NCBI GenBank assembly: GCA_910578755.1
Contig: CAJTSZ010000001.1
Location: 2,340 to 66,339 of the forward strand
DNA: 64,000 nucleotides
DNA from: an uncultured Oscillospiraceae bacterium
Lineage (GTDB): Bacteria > Bacillota > Clostridia > Oscillospirales > Ruminococcaceae
Direction: 5' to 3'
The notes under the pieces are model-generated. The model was given only the letters and a program-made list of their open reading frames with translations, had not been told where the DNA came from and searched no databases. Position numbers and translations under genes: made by a program. This document shows, in pieces, positions 9,187-18,021 of this stretch (the stretch's first letter is position 1; each line of letters opens with the position of its first letter).

Positions 9187-9966
9187 TTGAACAAACAAAG
9201 GCTGGATAAGACCATTTGCTCCCAGGGGATGCTGAGCCGCAAGGAGGCAAAGGAGCTGATACGCCGGGGGCAGGTCACTGTAAACGGCCGGGTAGAAAAG
9301 CAGGCGGACGCCGCCGTGGATTGGGACCAGGATATTGTTGCCCTTTCCGGCGCGCCCCTTTCCTTGCAGCAGCACGTTTACCTTATGCTGAATAAACCCG
9401 CCGGGGTGGTAAGCGCTACGGAGGACGCCGCCCAAACCACGGTAGTGGATTTGGTTCCCCCACAGCTGCGGCGCAAGGGATTGTTCCCAGCCGGCCGGCT
9501 GGATAAGGATACCACAGGCCTTGTAATCCTCACAGACGACGGGGAGTTTGCCCACAACATTCTTTCCCCCAAAAAACACGTGCAAAAGGAGTACCTTGCC
9601 CAGGTTGACGGTAAAATTACCCTGGAAATAATAGAGGCCTTTCGCGCCGGGGTCAATGTAAACAACGAATACACAACCCTGCCTTCCCGGCTTACTGTGG
9701 AACAGTCCCTGCCCCAGGGGGATATTGGCCGGGTGGTGCTGCGGGAGGGGATGTACCACCAAATTAAACGGATGTTTCGTTCCTTTGGCCTTACTGTGAC
9801 CCAGCTGCACCGTGTGAGCATAGGAAACCTGCTTTTAGATGAAGCCCTGCTGCCCGGCCAGTGCCGTCCCCTTACTCCCCAGGAGCTGGAGATGGTGCAG
9901 CAAAGGGAGGAAATTTCCTTTTCACAAGGCGCCATTTCACCTTGTGAAAGGCATTTCACTTTGTGA
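9187..9966 (+). CDS. rsuA: RsuA-family pseudouridine synthase
   Basis: S4 domain RLDK, NKPAG, catalytic GRLDKDTTGL, EGMYHQIKRMF; TTG start inferred. Confidence 0.88.
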   Translation: MNKQRLDKTICSQGMLSRKEAKELIRRGQVTVNGRVEKQADAAVDWDQDIVALSGAPLSLQQHVYLMLNKPAGVVSATEDAAQTTVVDLVPPQLRRKGLFPAGRLDKDTTGLVILTDDGEFAHNILSPKKHVQKEYLAQVDGKITLEIIEAFRAGVNVNNEYTTLPSRLTVEQSLPQGDIGRVVLREGMYHQIKRMFRSFGLTVTQLHRVSIGNLLLDEALLPGQCRPLTPQELEMVQQREEISFSQGAISPCERHFTL

Positions 9967-9989
9967 AATGGGGAAAGGAGTAAAAAAAG

Positions 9990-10382
9990 ATGGAAGTTTT
10001 AAAACAACTGGCAATTATTTTAGGTATCACCCTTTTGGGGGAGGCCATAGCGGCAGTGCTGCCCTTTGCCTTTCCCGCCAGTGTGATTGCCATGGTGTTA
10101 TTGTTTATCCTGCTGCTTACTGGGGCAATCCAGGTAAAAACCATAGAGGAAACAGGGGACTTTTTCCTAAAAAACATGAGCCTTTTTTTCCTCCCCGCCG
10201 CTGTGGGCATTTTAGAGCACGCCGCCCTGCTTAGCAAAACACTGGTCCCTTTTTTATTGGTGTGTGTTATTACTTTGGTCCTCACCTTTGGGGCCACTGC
10301 CTGGACTGTTTTGGCAGTGCGCCGGGTACAGGCCCGAATCCTTCAAAAAAAGCAGGGGGGAGGCAGCGCCCATGTGGAATGA
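9990..10382 (+). CDS. CidA/LrgA family holin-like protein
   Basis: PASVIAMVLLF and MSLFFLPAAVG motifs; paired with LrgB. Confidence 0.9.
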   Translation: MEVLKQLAIILGITLLGEAIAAVLPFAFPASVIAMVLLFILLLTGAIQVKTIEETGDFFLKNMSLFFLPAAVGILEHAALLSKTLVPFLLVCVITLVLTFGATAWTVLAVRRVQARILQKKQGGGSAHVE

Positions 10383-11058
10383 TCTAACTTCTCTGCCCTT
10401 ATTTGGCGTTATTTTGTGCCTGGGAACTTATCTGCTGGGCCATTGGGTGAGCCGGAAAGTAAAAAGCCCCCTGGCAAACCCTTTGGTTATTGCCGTGGCG
10501 CTGACCATTGCTGTTTTACAGCTGTTTCACATCCCATTGGAAAGTTTTAAAAATGGGGGAGATTTTATTGCCATGTTCCTGCCGCCGGCCACAGCCGCTT
10601 TGGCCCTCTCCATTTACCGCCAGTACCCGGTGCTTAAAGCAAACCTTTGGCCGGTGCTTTTAGGCTCCGCTGTTGGTTCCGCCGTTTCCATGGGCAGTGT
10701 GGTGGCCCTGTGCCGCTTGTTCCGCATAGAGGAACAAATCACCGCCTCCCTTTTGGCAAAGTCTGTTACAACGGCCATTGCCATTGAAATTACCCGCCAG
10801 CAGGGGGGCATTGTGCCGGTTACCGTGGCAGCGGTAGTATTCACCGGCATTTTGGGCGCGGTGTTTGCCCCAGCGCTTATTAAACTGTTCCGCGTAAAGG
10901 ACCCGGTTGCCGCCGGGTTGGCCATTGGCACCGCAAGCCACGCTTTGGGCACCACAAAGGCCCTGGAACTGGGGGAAGTGGAGGGCGCCATGAGCAGCAT
11001 TGCCATTGGTATTGCCGGTATTATGACAGTGGTTTTTGCCATGGCGGTTTCCCATTAA
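10372..11058 (+). CDS. LrgB/CidB family membrane protein
   Basis: PATAALA, KSVTTAIA and GTASHALGT motifs. Confidence 0.92.
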   Translation: MWNDLTSLPLFGVILCLGTYLLGHWVSRKVKSPLANPLVIAVALTIAVLQLFHIPLESFKNGGDFIAMFLPPATAALALSIYRQYPVLKANLWPVLLGSAVGSAVSMGSVVALCRLFRIEEQITASLLAKSVTTAIAIEITRQQGGIVPVTVAAVVFTGILGAVFAPALIKLFRVKDPVAAGLAIGTASHALGTTKALELGEVEGAMSSIAIGIAGIMTVVFAMAVSH

Positions 11059-11071
11059 AAGGAGGTTTTTT

Positions 11072-11662
11072 GTGGAATACGTTAAGCTTCCAAAAGAATT
11101 TTACCTTGCAGATACCCTCACTGTTGCCCGCCGCCTGTTGGGCTTCTACCTGGTGTGCCGCAGCCCACAGGGCGTTACCGCTTGCCGCATTACCGAAACG
11201 GAGGCTTACTGCGGCCCGGAGGACAAGGCCTGCCATGCCTATAAAAGAAAGGCCCCAAACGGCCGCACCAACGTAATGTACCAGGAGGGGGGCTGCGCCT
11301 ATGTTTACCTTATTTATGGGATGTACAACTGCTTCAATGTGGTTACCCGGCCCGCGGGCCAGCCGGAGGCTGTGCTGGTGCGGGCGGGAGAGCCGATGGA
11401 GGGCCTGGAGCTTATGCGACAGCGGCGGAAAAGCCCCAAGGGAAGGATTCCTAAGGATAAGGATTTGCTTTCCGGCCCGGGCAAGCTGTGCCGCGCCATG
11501 GATATTACCCGGGAGCTGTACGGCCAGCCCCTGTGGGGGGATGTTTTATTTTTGGCCCAAGGGAAGCCTGTAGGGGAGGAGCAGGTGGCAGTTACCCCCC
11601 GCATCAACATTGATTATGCCGGGGAGGATGCAAAGCTGCCCTACCGCTTTGTGATGAAATAA
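11072..11662 (+). CDS. DNA-3-methyladenine glycosylase (MPG/AAG family)
   Basis: RITETEAY, YVYLIYGMY, AVLVRA and GPGKLCRAM motifs; GTG start after AGGAGG. Confidence 0.92.
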   Translation: MEYVKLPKEFYLADTLTVARRLLGFYLVCRSPQGVTACRITETEAYCGPEDKACHAYKRKAPNGRTNVMYQEGGCAYVYLIYGMYNCFNVVTRPAGQPEAVLVRAGEPMEGLELMRQRRKSPKGRIPKDKDLLSGPGKLCRAMDITRELYGQPLWGDVLFLAQGKPVGEEQVAVTPRINIDYAGEDAKLPYRFVMK

Positions 11663-11732
11663 GCCTATTGGGGCTTTCAGCCCCACGCCCTGGCCCCAAT
11701 AGCAAAAACTTGGAAGCGTTCAATTATGCTTT

Positions 11733-12050
11733 ATGGTATATTGGAGGGTGTGTATTGTGACTACAATGGACAGCTTGGAACAGATTGCCCGCAAACTATC
11801 CTTAGAAATAGGAATACCAAACGATGAACTAATGGAGGATATCTCCTCCATTGTTTACTGTGTGGATGTGTTTGAATGTGATGGGGATACTTCCATAATT
11901 GAACGCCACATTGATATAGAATACTCCTTTGGCGAATATTACGAGGTACCGGGAGGGAGCGAGCTGTTTCAATTTATCTGTTCCCTATATGGGCTGCCGT
12001 TATTGCAGGAGGAGAAAGAAATTACTATTTATCAAAAAGATGAGGAATAA
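11733..12050 (+). CDS. Small acidic hypothetical protein
   Basis: ORF followed by a terminator; GGAGG precedes alternative GTG start at 11757; no recognised family. Confidence 0.55.
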   Translation: MVYWRVCIVTTMDSLEQIARKLSLEIGIPNDELMEDISSIVYCVDVFECDGDTSIIERHIDIEYSFGEYYEVPGGSELFQFICSLYGLPLLQEEKEITIYQKDEE

Positions 12051-12110
12051 TACAGTTTGTATTTTGCCGGGCCGCTGGCCTAAAAGGCATTTACTTCCCC
12101 AAAATAGAAA

Positions 12111-12151
12111 AACAAAAAACAGGGAGGAATTTCTCCTCCCTGTTTTTTGTT
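12111..12151. terminator. Bidirectional terminator
   Basis: AACAAAAAACAGGGAGGA/TCCTCCCTGTTTTTTGTT inverted repeat between convergent genes. Confidence 0.85.
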
Positions 12152-13343
12152 ATTTTACATAGTTATCAAAGTAGCCTTGGATTAAAATAATGGGGGTACC
12201 CTTGTCGCCGCTGCCGGAAGTTAAATCTGCCAGGGAGCCAATCAGATCGGTCAAACGCCGGGGAGTGGTTCCTTGGGAGGCCATCTGGCCCTTTAAATCC
12301 CCTTCCTTGTTGGCAATCCGCTGGGAAATAGCTTCCTTCAGCGCTTCGCCGCTTAAATCGGCAAAGTCATTGTCGGCAAGGTATTTTAATTTTAATTCGT
12401 TAGGCTGGCCCTCCAAACCGGCGGTGTAGGCAGGGGAAACTACCGGGTCGGCCAGTTCCCAAATCTTGCCTACCGGGTCCTTAAAGGCGCCGTCGCCATA
12501 AACCATAACTTCAATGTGCTTGCCGGTTTTTTCTAAGAATTTTTGGCTGACGGTTTCCACAAAGGCGCGGCAGTCCCGTGGGAACAATTTTACAGTGGTT
12601 TCCGTCGCTTTGTTGGAGCCCAAAAGGCCATATTCCTCGTTGCAGCCGCAGCCGTTTACAGGCGCGTTTAAAATATCGTCCAAGCCGCACAATTTTTCTG
12701 CCCCGGCAGTAGCAAGGCGCCGTTTGGTGCGGTGGCGTGTGTGAATATCGCAGGCCAGCACGTTTTTGGTGTAATTTAAAATAACCCGTGGGTCGTTGGC
12801 CAAAACAATTTCACATTCCGCGCCGTTTTCCTCAATTAACTGGCGGTAAAATTCAATGTAATCTACACCGGTAAAAGGGTGGGCCACCTTGCCAAACAGC
12901 TCCCGGTACCGGGCCTCGGTGAGTATGTCGCTGTAGGGGTTTACCCCTTTTTCATCCAGTAAATCTTCGTCAATTAAATGGTTGCCTACTTCGTCGGCAG
13001 GGTAGCTCAGCTGCAAAACGATTTTTTTTGCGCCCCGGGCAATGCCCTTCAGGCAAACAGAAAAGCGGTTGCGGCTTAAAATAGGGAACACAACGCCAAT
13101 GGTTTCCCCGCCCAGCTTTGCCCGCACGTCGGCAGCAATGTCATCAATTCCGGCATAGTTGCCCTGGGCACGGGCCACAACGGCCTCGGTCACAGCAACA
13201 ACGTCCTTGTCGTGGAAAGCAAAGCCTTCGCTGGCGCCAGCGGCCAAAACCGAATCCACAACAATTTGGGCTAAGTTATCCCCTTGGCGGATAATAGGCG
13301 CGCGTACCCCGCGGGAAACGGTACCAACCAGTCTTTCTGTCAT
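12150..13343 (-). CDS. Coenzyme F420-0:L-glutamate ligase (CofE)-like protein
   Basis: APIIRQGD, DVVAVTEAVVARAQG and C-terminal DLTSGSGDKGTPIILIQG match the CofE-fold family. Confidence 0.75.
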   Translation of the reverse strand: MTERLVGTVSRGVRAPIIRQGDNLAQIVVDSVLAAGASEGFAFHDKDVVAVTEAVVARAQGNYAGIDDIAADVRAKLGGETIGVVFPILSRNRFSVCLKGIARGAKKIVLQLSYPADEVGNHLIDEDLLDEKGVNPYSDILTEARYRELFGKVAHPFTGVDYIEFYRQLIEENGAECEIVLANDPRVILNYTKNVLACDIHTRHRTKRRLATAGAEKLCGLDDILNAPVNGCGCNEEYGLLGSNKATETTVKLFPRDCRAFVETVSQKFLEKTGKHIEVMVYGDGAFKDPVGKIWELADPVVSPAYTAGLEGQPNELKLKYLADNDFADLSGEALKEAISQRIANKEGDLKGQMASQGTTPRRLTDLIGSLADLTSGSGDKGTPIILIQGYFDNYVK

Positions 13344-13445
13344 AAAAATCACCATATCCTTTCTGGATAAGAAATTACAAATTTGTAAGGACCAAATACT
13401 GTAGCCTTGCAAGCAGTCCTTATTTTTATTATAATGGTTCTTGCA

Positions 13446-13495
13446 GTATAAGTAAAATAAATATATTCAATACAACATATTTATTTTACTTATAC
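13446..13495. promoter_or_regulatory. Perfect 19-bp inverted repeat, likely LysR operator pair in the divergent promoter
   Basis: GTATAAGTAAAATAAATAT, 12 nt, ATATTTATTTTACTTATAC. Confidence 0.6.
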
Positions 13496-13501
13496 CTGTA
13501 C

Positions 13502-14136
13502 CTGCTGTGATGAGGGCCCCTTCCACGGGACCGGAGGGAAAGGCCCCGTGCCGTTCAGCGGAACACCGCCGTTATTCCGACGGTTACAAGCTTGCCATAG
13601 GAAAACTTGCAAAGACTACAGCAGTGGCAGAAGTTATCGTAAGTTCGCTTTGCGAACTTGTGGCGCCACGCTGTGGGGCTGGTCTGCCCAAAGGTGGAGG
13701 CAGCATTCCCGCTGTGAGTACTTGTAACTTGTATGCTCTAACGGTTAGAGCCCAAAAGTTTGGTAATGCCCCGCGGAGGGGGGCTACTAAGCGGGCAGTT
13801 CCCCTTTTCCTTTTGGGGAACCAACCGTTGTGCAGTACAGCGAACTTATAATGTGGCCATGTTCCCATGCTTTGCATGGGAACGGCCTATTCTATTATAA
13901 TGGAGCGTCGTACAAACACCGGTTGCCGCTTTTCGTTGAGTGGTACTGTCAAATAAGCAGGGGCTTGGGGGCGGCAACCACCAACGTTTTTCTTCCCCTA
14001 TTCTTTTGATGCCAAAAGAATAGGGCGCAGGTTTGGGCTGCGTAAGCCCGCCAGCACAGGATTGGAAGTACCTGAACACTTCTAAAAGAATGAGCCCCAA
14101 TAGCACATAGGCTTGGAAGTGGCCGCATACTTCCAA
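13502..14136. other. Hairpin-dense non-coding region (candidate structured RNA or REP-like cluster)
   Basis: More than 12 stems visible, several perfect 8-13 bp; no credible ORF. Confidence 0.45.
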
Positions 14137-14180
14137 AAAGGGGCCCGAGGACCCCCCAATCCCCAAAAGGAGGAGCTGTT

Positions 14181-15080
14181 TTGACACCAAAATTAGAACT
14201 CTACCGGGTGTTTTGCCAGGTGGCCCAATCCCTCAGCTTTTCCAAGGCGGCCCACCAGCTGTACCTTTCCCAGCCAGCCGTCAGCCAGGCGGTGCGCCAG
14301 TTAGAGGAACAGCTGGGTACCCAGCTGTTTGCTAGGGAGGCCCGGGGCGTTTCCCTTACCTCCCAGGGCAAGCTCCTTTACGAGTACGCCAGCTCCGCCC
14401 TAGGGCTTATAGCCACCGTGGAGGAAAAGCTGGTAGGCTTAAGCGACCTTTCCCAGGGGGAACTGCGGGTAGGCGCCGGGGACGCCATTACAAAGCACCT
14501 GTTGCTGCCCGCCCTGGAGGAATTCCACGGCAAGTACCCCCAGGTGCGTTTAAGCATTTTAAACCGCACCAGCCTGGAAAGTATTGAGCTGCTCCAGTCC
14601 GGCGTTATTGACATCGCCTTTGTAAACCTCCCTTTAAGCGGGGAAAAAATTACAGTGCATCAAACCTTTCAGGTCCAGGATATTTTTGTAGCCGGGGCAA
14701 AGTTTACCCACCTGCAAAGGGCCCCTCTTTCCCTGGAGGAATTGGCCGCCCAGCCCCTAATTATGCTGGAGCGTAAATCCAACACCCGCAGCTACATTGA
14801 AAAATTTTTTCTTAACCAGGGGGTTTCCATCTCGCCGGAAATTGCAGTGGCCTCCTACAGCCTGCTGTTGGAGCTGGCGAAAATCAACTTAGGCGTTTCC
14901 TGCGTTATCCGTTCCTTTGCTCAGGAGTACTTGGAAAGCGGCCAACTGTTTGAGATCCCCCTGCAAACGCCCTTCCCCCTGCGCAGCATTGGTATGGTTT
15001 CTTTAAAAAATGTGTCCCTTATTCCGGCGGCCCAGCAGCTTTTGGAGATTTTAAACCAGCAGCACGCCGCCCAAAAATAA
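14181..15080 (+). CDS. LysR family transcriptional regulator
   Basis: HTH SFSKAAHQLYLSQPAVSQAVRQLEEQLG; TTG start after AGGAGG. Confidence 0.95.
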   Translation: MTPKLELYRVFCQVAQSLSFSKAAHQLYLSQPAVSQAVRQLEEQLGTQLFAREARGVSLTSQGKLLYEYASSALGLIATVEEKLVGLSDLSQGELRVGAGDAITKHLLLPALEEFHGKYPQVRLSILNRTSLESIELLQSGVIDIAFVNLPLSGEKITVHQTFQVQDIFVAGAKFTHLQRAPLSLEELAAQPLIMLERKSNTRSYIEKFFLNQGVSISPEIAVASYSLLLELAKINLGVSCVIRSFAQEYLESGQLFEIPLQTPFPLRSIGMVSLKNVSLIPAAQQLLEILNQQHAAQK

Positions 15081-15112
15081 AATAGAGTAAAATAAGAAAG
15101 GAAGATTCCCTT

Positions 15113-15796
15113 ATGAATTATGGTGTAATTGGGGCAATGCCCTCCGAAATTGCAGGCATTAAAGAGCATATGGAAAATGTACAGGAGCACAAAGCCGGCA
15201 GCCTGGTGTTTTATACTGGGCAAATTGGCCAAAACACCCTAACCCTGGTACAGTGCGGCGTTGGTAAGGTAAACGCAGCCATTACAGCCCAAATGCTCAT
15301 AGATAAATTTAACGCTCAGGCTGTTATCAACACTGGTGTGGCCGGCGCTTTGGGTAAAGATGTAAAGGTGCTGGATGTGGTAATTTCCACCGAAGTGGTA
15401 CACCACGATGCGGATATGCGCCTGTATAAAAAATATCCCCCTTTTGTAGATGGATTTTACGGAGACCCCACCCTGGTTGCCAGGGCTGCGGCTGCTTTTG
15501 AGGCTATGGACCACGGCAACTCCCATTGCTACCTGGGAAAAATTGCCACCGGCGACCAGTTTATTGAAAGCAGCGCCGTTAAAGCGGATATTGTGGCACG
15601 CCACAATCCCCTGTGTGTGGAAATGGAAGGCGCCGCCGTGGGCCATGCCTGCACCGCCAATGGGGTTCCCTTTGTTATTATCCGCACCATGAGCGACAAC
15701 GCCGATGAGCAGGGGGGAATGTCCTTTGACGCTATGGAAAAGGTGGCCGCAAAATATTCCTCTAACATTGTTGTGGCAATGGTTGGCGGGAAATAA
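15113..15796 (+). CDS. mtnN: 5'-methylthioadenosine/S-adenosylhomocysteine nucleosidase
   Basis: IGAMPSE, GVGKVNAA, INTGVAG, TGDQF, VEMEGAA and RTMSDNAD motifs. Confidence 0.95.
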   Translation: MNYGVIGAMPSEIAGIKEHMENVQEHKAGSLVFYTGQIGQNTLTLVQCGVGKVNAAITAQMLIDKFNAQAVINTGVAGALGKDVKVLDVVISTEVVHHDADMRLYKKYPPFVDGFYGDPTLVARAAAAFEAMDHGNSHCYLGKIATGDQFIESSAVKADIVARHNPLCVEMEGAAVGHACTANGVPFVIIRTMSDNADEQGGMSFDAMEKVAAKYSSNIVVAMVGGK

Positions 15797-15802
15797 AGAA
15801 AC

Positions 15803-15839
15803 AGGGCTTGGGGGCTTATTCCCAGGCCCTTGGTTTTTT
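15803..15839 (+). terminator. Terminator after mtnN
   Basis: AGGGCTTGGG/CCCAGGCCCT stem plus T tract. Confidence 0.6.
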
Positions 15840-15871
15840 ATAAAAGCACTTGTCCCTTGGGGAGTTTTTGC

Positions 15872-15909
15872 AAAAAAGGCAGGGGGGCCATTGGCCTCCC
15901 TGCCTTTTT
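15872..15909. terminator. Bidirectional terminator
   Basis: AAAAAAGGCAGGGGGGCCA/TGGCCTCCCTGCCTTTTT. Confidence 0.75.
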
Positions 15910-15931
15910 AAGCTGGCCGCCCTCTTAGTGG

Positions 15932-16450
15932 TTACAGGGTGATTTGGCAGCTTTCTGTGGCTTCTGTCAGCTCAAAGCCGTGGAGGAAGCCGTCCTCCGC
16001 CCGAATGCAGCAAATGTCCCCGCCAATCACCTTGTCCTTGTACACAAACAGGTGGGCCCGAATGTTCTCTTCCTCCCCAGGGTAGTTTACCACAATGTAG
16101 GTATACCTTTTTACAGTTCTGCCCAGGTATTTTTCCAAATTGTACCCTTGCAGCTGCTGGATTTGGTTGTACTGCTCCAGCACATCGTCCATGGCCTCCG
16201 GCAGCAGTATATCGGTTATTTCCTCCGGCTCCTCCACCAGCTGCCAGCCAAACCCAGTAAGGAAATCGACCCTTTGGCGGTTATCCTTTACCTTTGCCTT
16301 TACCTGCCGCACAGACGCTACGTTTTCCACTGCCGGTTCATTGGCGGCCTTCAGGCGCCCCGCCCCCCAAAATGCCGCAGCGCAAACAACTGCCGCGCAG
16401 CAAAGGACAGCGGCCTTTTTTGGTGAAAACCTCATAGATAATACAAACAT
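15932..16450 (-). CDS. DUF4830-like membrane-anchored protein
   Basis: N-terminal TM; RVDFLTGFGW, YNQIQQLQGYNL..YLG..VKRYTY...NYP and VIGGDIC pattern recognised from clostridial DUF4830 proteins. Confidence 0.7.
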   Translation of the reverse strand: MFVLSMRFSPKKAAVLCCAAVVCAAAFWGAGRLKAANEPAVENVASVRQVKAKVKDNRQRVDFLTGFGWQLVEEPEEITDILLPEAMDDVLEQYNQIQQLQGYNLEKYLGRTVKRYTYIVVNYPGEEENIRAHLFVYKDKVIGGDICCIRAEDGFLHGFELTEATESCQITL

Positions 16451-16672
16451 AAACCCTTTCCCTCCGTTCTTTTCCCTTCCCTTTATATGTACGGGCAGGC
16501 AGAGCGAAATATGCCCTGCTTTTGGTATGTTTGCATTAAAATTGCCGTAGGACCAAACAGATTGGGTTTTTTGGTGTTTCCTTGTGTTTTGTTGTTCCAT
16601 TTTGGAAAGGATGTGCTATACTTAGGATAAAGGCGTTTTGCATCCCAAACGCAACGAAAGGAAGGGTATTTT

Positions 16673-17812
16673 ATGTTTCAGCTAATTAAAAATGTGGAAG
16701 TGTTTGCTCCCCAAAGCAAAGGAATTAACGACATTTTGCTGTACGGGGATAAAATTGTAGCGGTACAGCCCAACATTACTTTTACTTTTGGCGATGTAAC
16801 TGTAATTGACGGCAGAGGCAAAAAGGCATTGCCCGGCTTTATTGACCAGCATGTCCATGTAACCGGGGGCGGCGGCGAAGGCAGCTTCCGCAGCAGGGTA
16901 CCGGAATTGGAGCTTTCCCACGCCATTGAAAACGGGGTAACTACCGTTGTGGGGCTTTTGGGGACAGACTCCACCACCCGCAGCGTGGAAAACTTAGTTG
17001 CAAAAACAAAGGGGCTTAACGAGGACGGCCTCACCGCCTACTGCCTTACCGGGGCTTACGAATACCCCTCCCCAACGGTAACAGGCTCTGTAAAAAAGGA
17101 TGTTACCTTTATTAAAGAATGCCTTGGGGTAAAAATTGCCATCAGCGACCACCGCAACTCTGTAATAACAACCCAGGAGCTGGCCCGCCTTGCTGCGGAT
17201 GTCCGCCAGGCGGCCCTGTTTTCCGGAAAGGCCGGCGTGGTGCATATGCACACCGGCCGGGGCAAGGCGGGGCTTTCCCAGGTGTTTGACATTTTGGAAC
17301 ACACCGACGTGCCCGCCAAGCATTTCCGCCCTACCCACTGCGCCAGCCAGTACAACGACGCCATTCGGTTTGCAAATATGGGTGGCTTTGTTGATTTTAC
17401 CACCCACGATAATTTTGCCCAGGTGGCAAAGCTGCTCCACCAGGCTATGGACAACATTGAAAATAAGGAAAACATGACGTGCAGCTCCGACTCCAACGGC
17501 AGTATGCCCATTTGGGATGAAAAGCGGGAAAACATGATTGGTATGGGCGTTGGCAGCATGAAAACCCTGTATGGCTGCATAAAAGCCTTAATTACAGAAG
17601 AGGGGGTAAGCCTTACCGACGCCATCAGCCTTATTACCTCCAACGTGGCAAAGGCACTGGAGATTTACCCGCAAAAGGGCTGTATTGCCGCCCAAAGCGA
17701 CGCAGATTTGGTGCTTTTGGATGAAAACCTGGATATTGACACTGTTTTTGCCAAAGGCCGCATGATGATGCAAAACAAAGAAATTTTAGTACGCAGCTAT
17801 TTTGGAAAATAG
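16673..17812 (+). CDS. iadA: Isoaspartyl dipeptidase (beta-aspartyl peptidase)
   Basis: PGFIDQHVHVTGGGGEG, GVKIAISDHR and SSDSNGSMP motifs. Confidence 0.95.
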   Translation: MFQLIKNVEVFAPQSKGINDILLYGDKIVAVQPNITFTFGDVTVIDGRGKKALPGFIDQHVHVTGGGGEGSFRSRVPELELSHAIENGVTTVVGLLGTDSTTRSVENLVAKTKGLNEDGLTAYCLTGAYEYPSPTVTGSVKKDVTFIKECLGVKIAISDHRNSVITTQELARLAADVRQAALFSGKAGVVHMHTGRGKAGLSQVFDILEHTDVPAKHFRPTHCASQYNDAIRFANMGGFVDFTTHDNFAQVAKLLHQAMDNIENKENMTCSSDSNGSMPIWDEKRENMIGMGVGSMKTLYGCIKALITEEGVSLTDAISLITSNVAKALEIYPQKGCIAAQSDADLVLLDENLDIDTVFAKGRMMMQNKEILVRSYFGK

Positions 17813-18021
17813 GGGGGCTAACAGCCCCCTTTCCTCCTTGTTTGTAAGTTTACAGCCCCTGCCAATTTTTTGTGGGCCAACGGCGCCCTATAAGCAGAAT
17901 TTTGGCGGGGGCTGGTAATTTTCCCAAAACCGCGCTATAATACCATTCCAGGCTTTGCCCGGCGGCTTGTGGGGCAAGGCGGTAAAAACAGGAGCAGGAA
18001 CAGCAGATAGGAGGAAAAGGA

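Noticed and set aside
8947..9959. Long antisense ORFs (287 and 193 aa) opposite rsuA
   Set aside because: Shadow frames of a well-supported gene with no recognisable motifs
13507..14190. Short ORFs (114, 97 and 114 aa) in the hairpin-dense region
   Set aside because: No convincing RBS or protein-like composition; region treated as non-coding
16482..16514. Sporulation sigma (E/G) promoter for the DUF4830-like gene
   Set aside because: GCATA and CATATA boxes are present but the spacing is too long for the consensus
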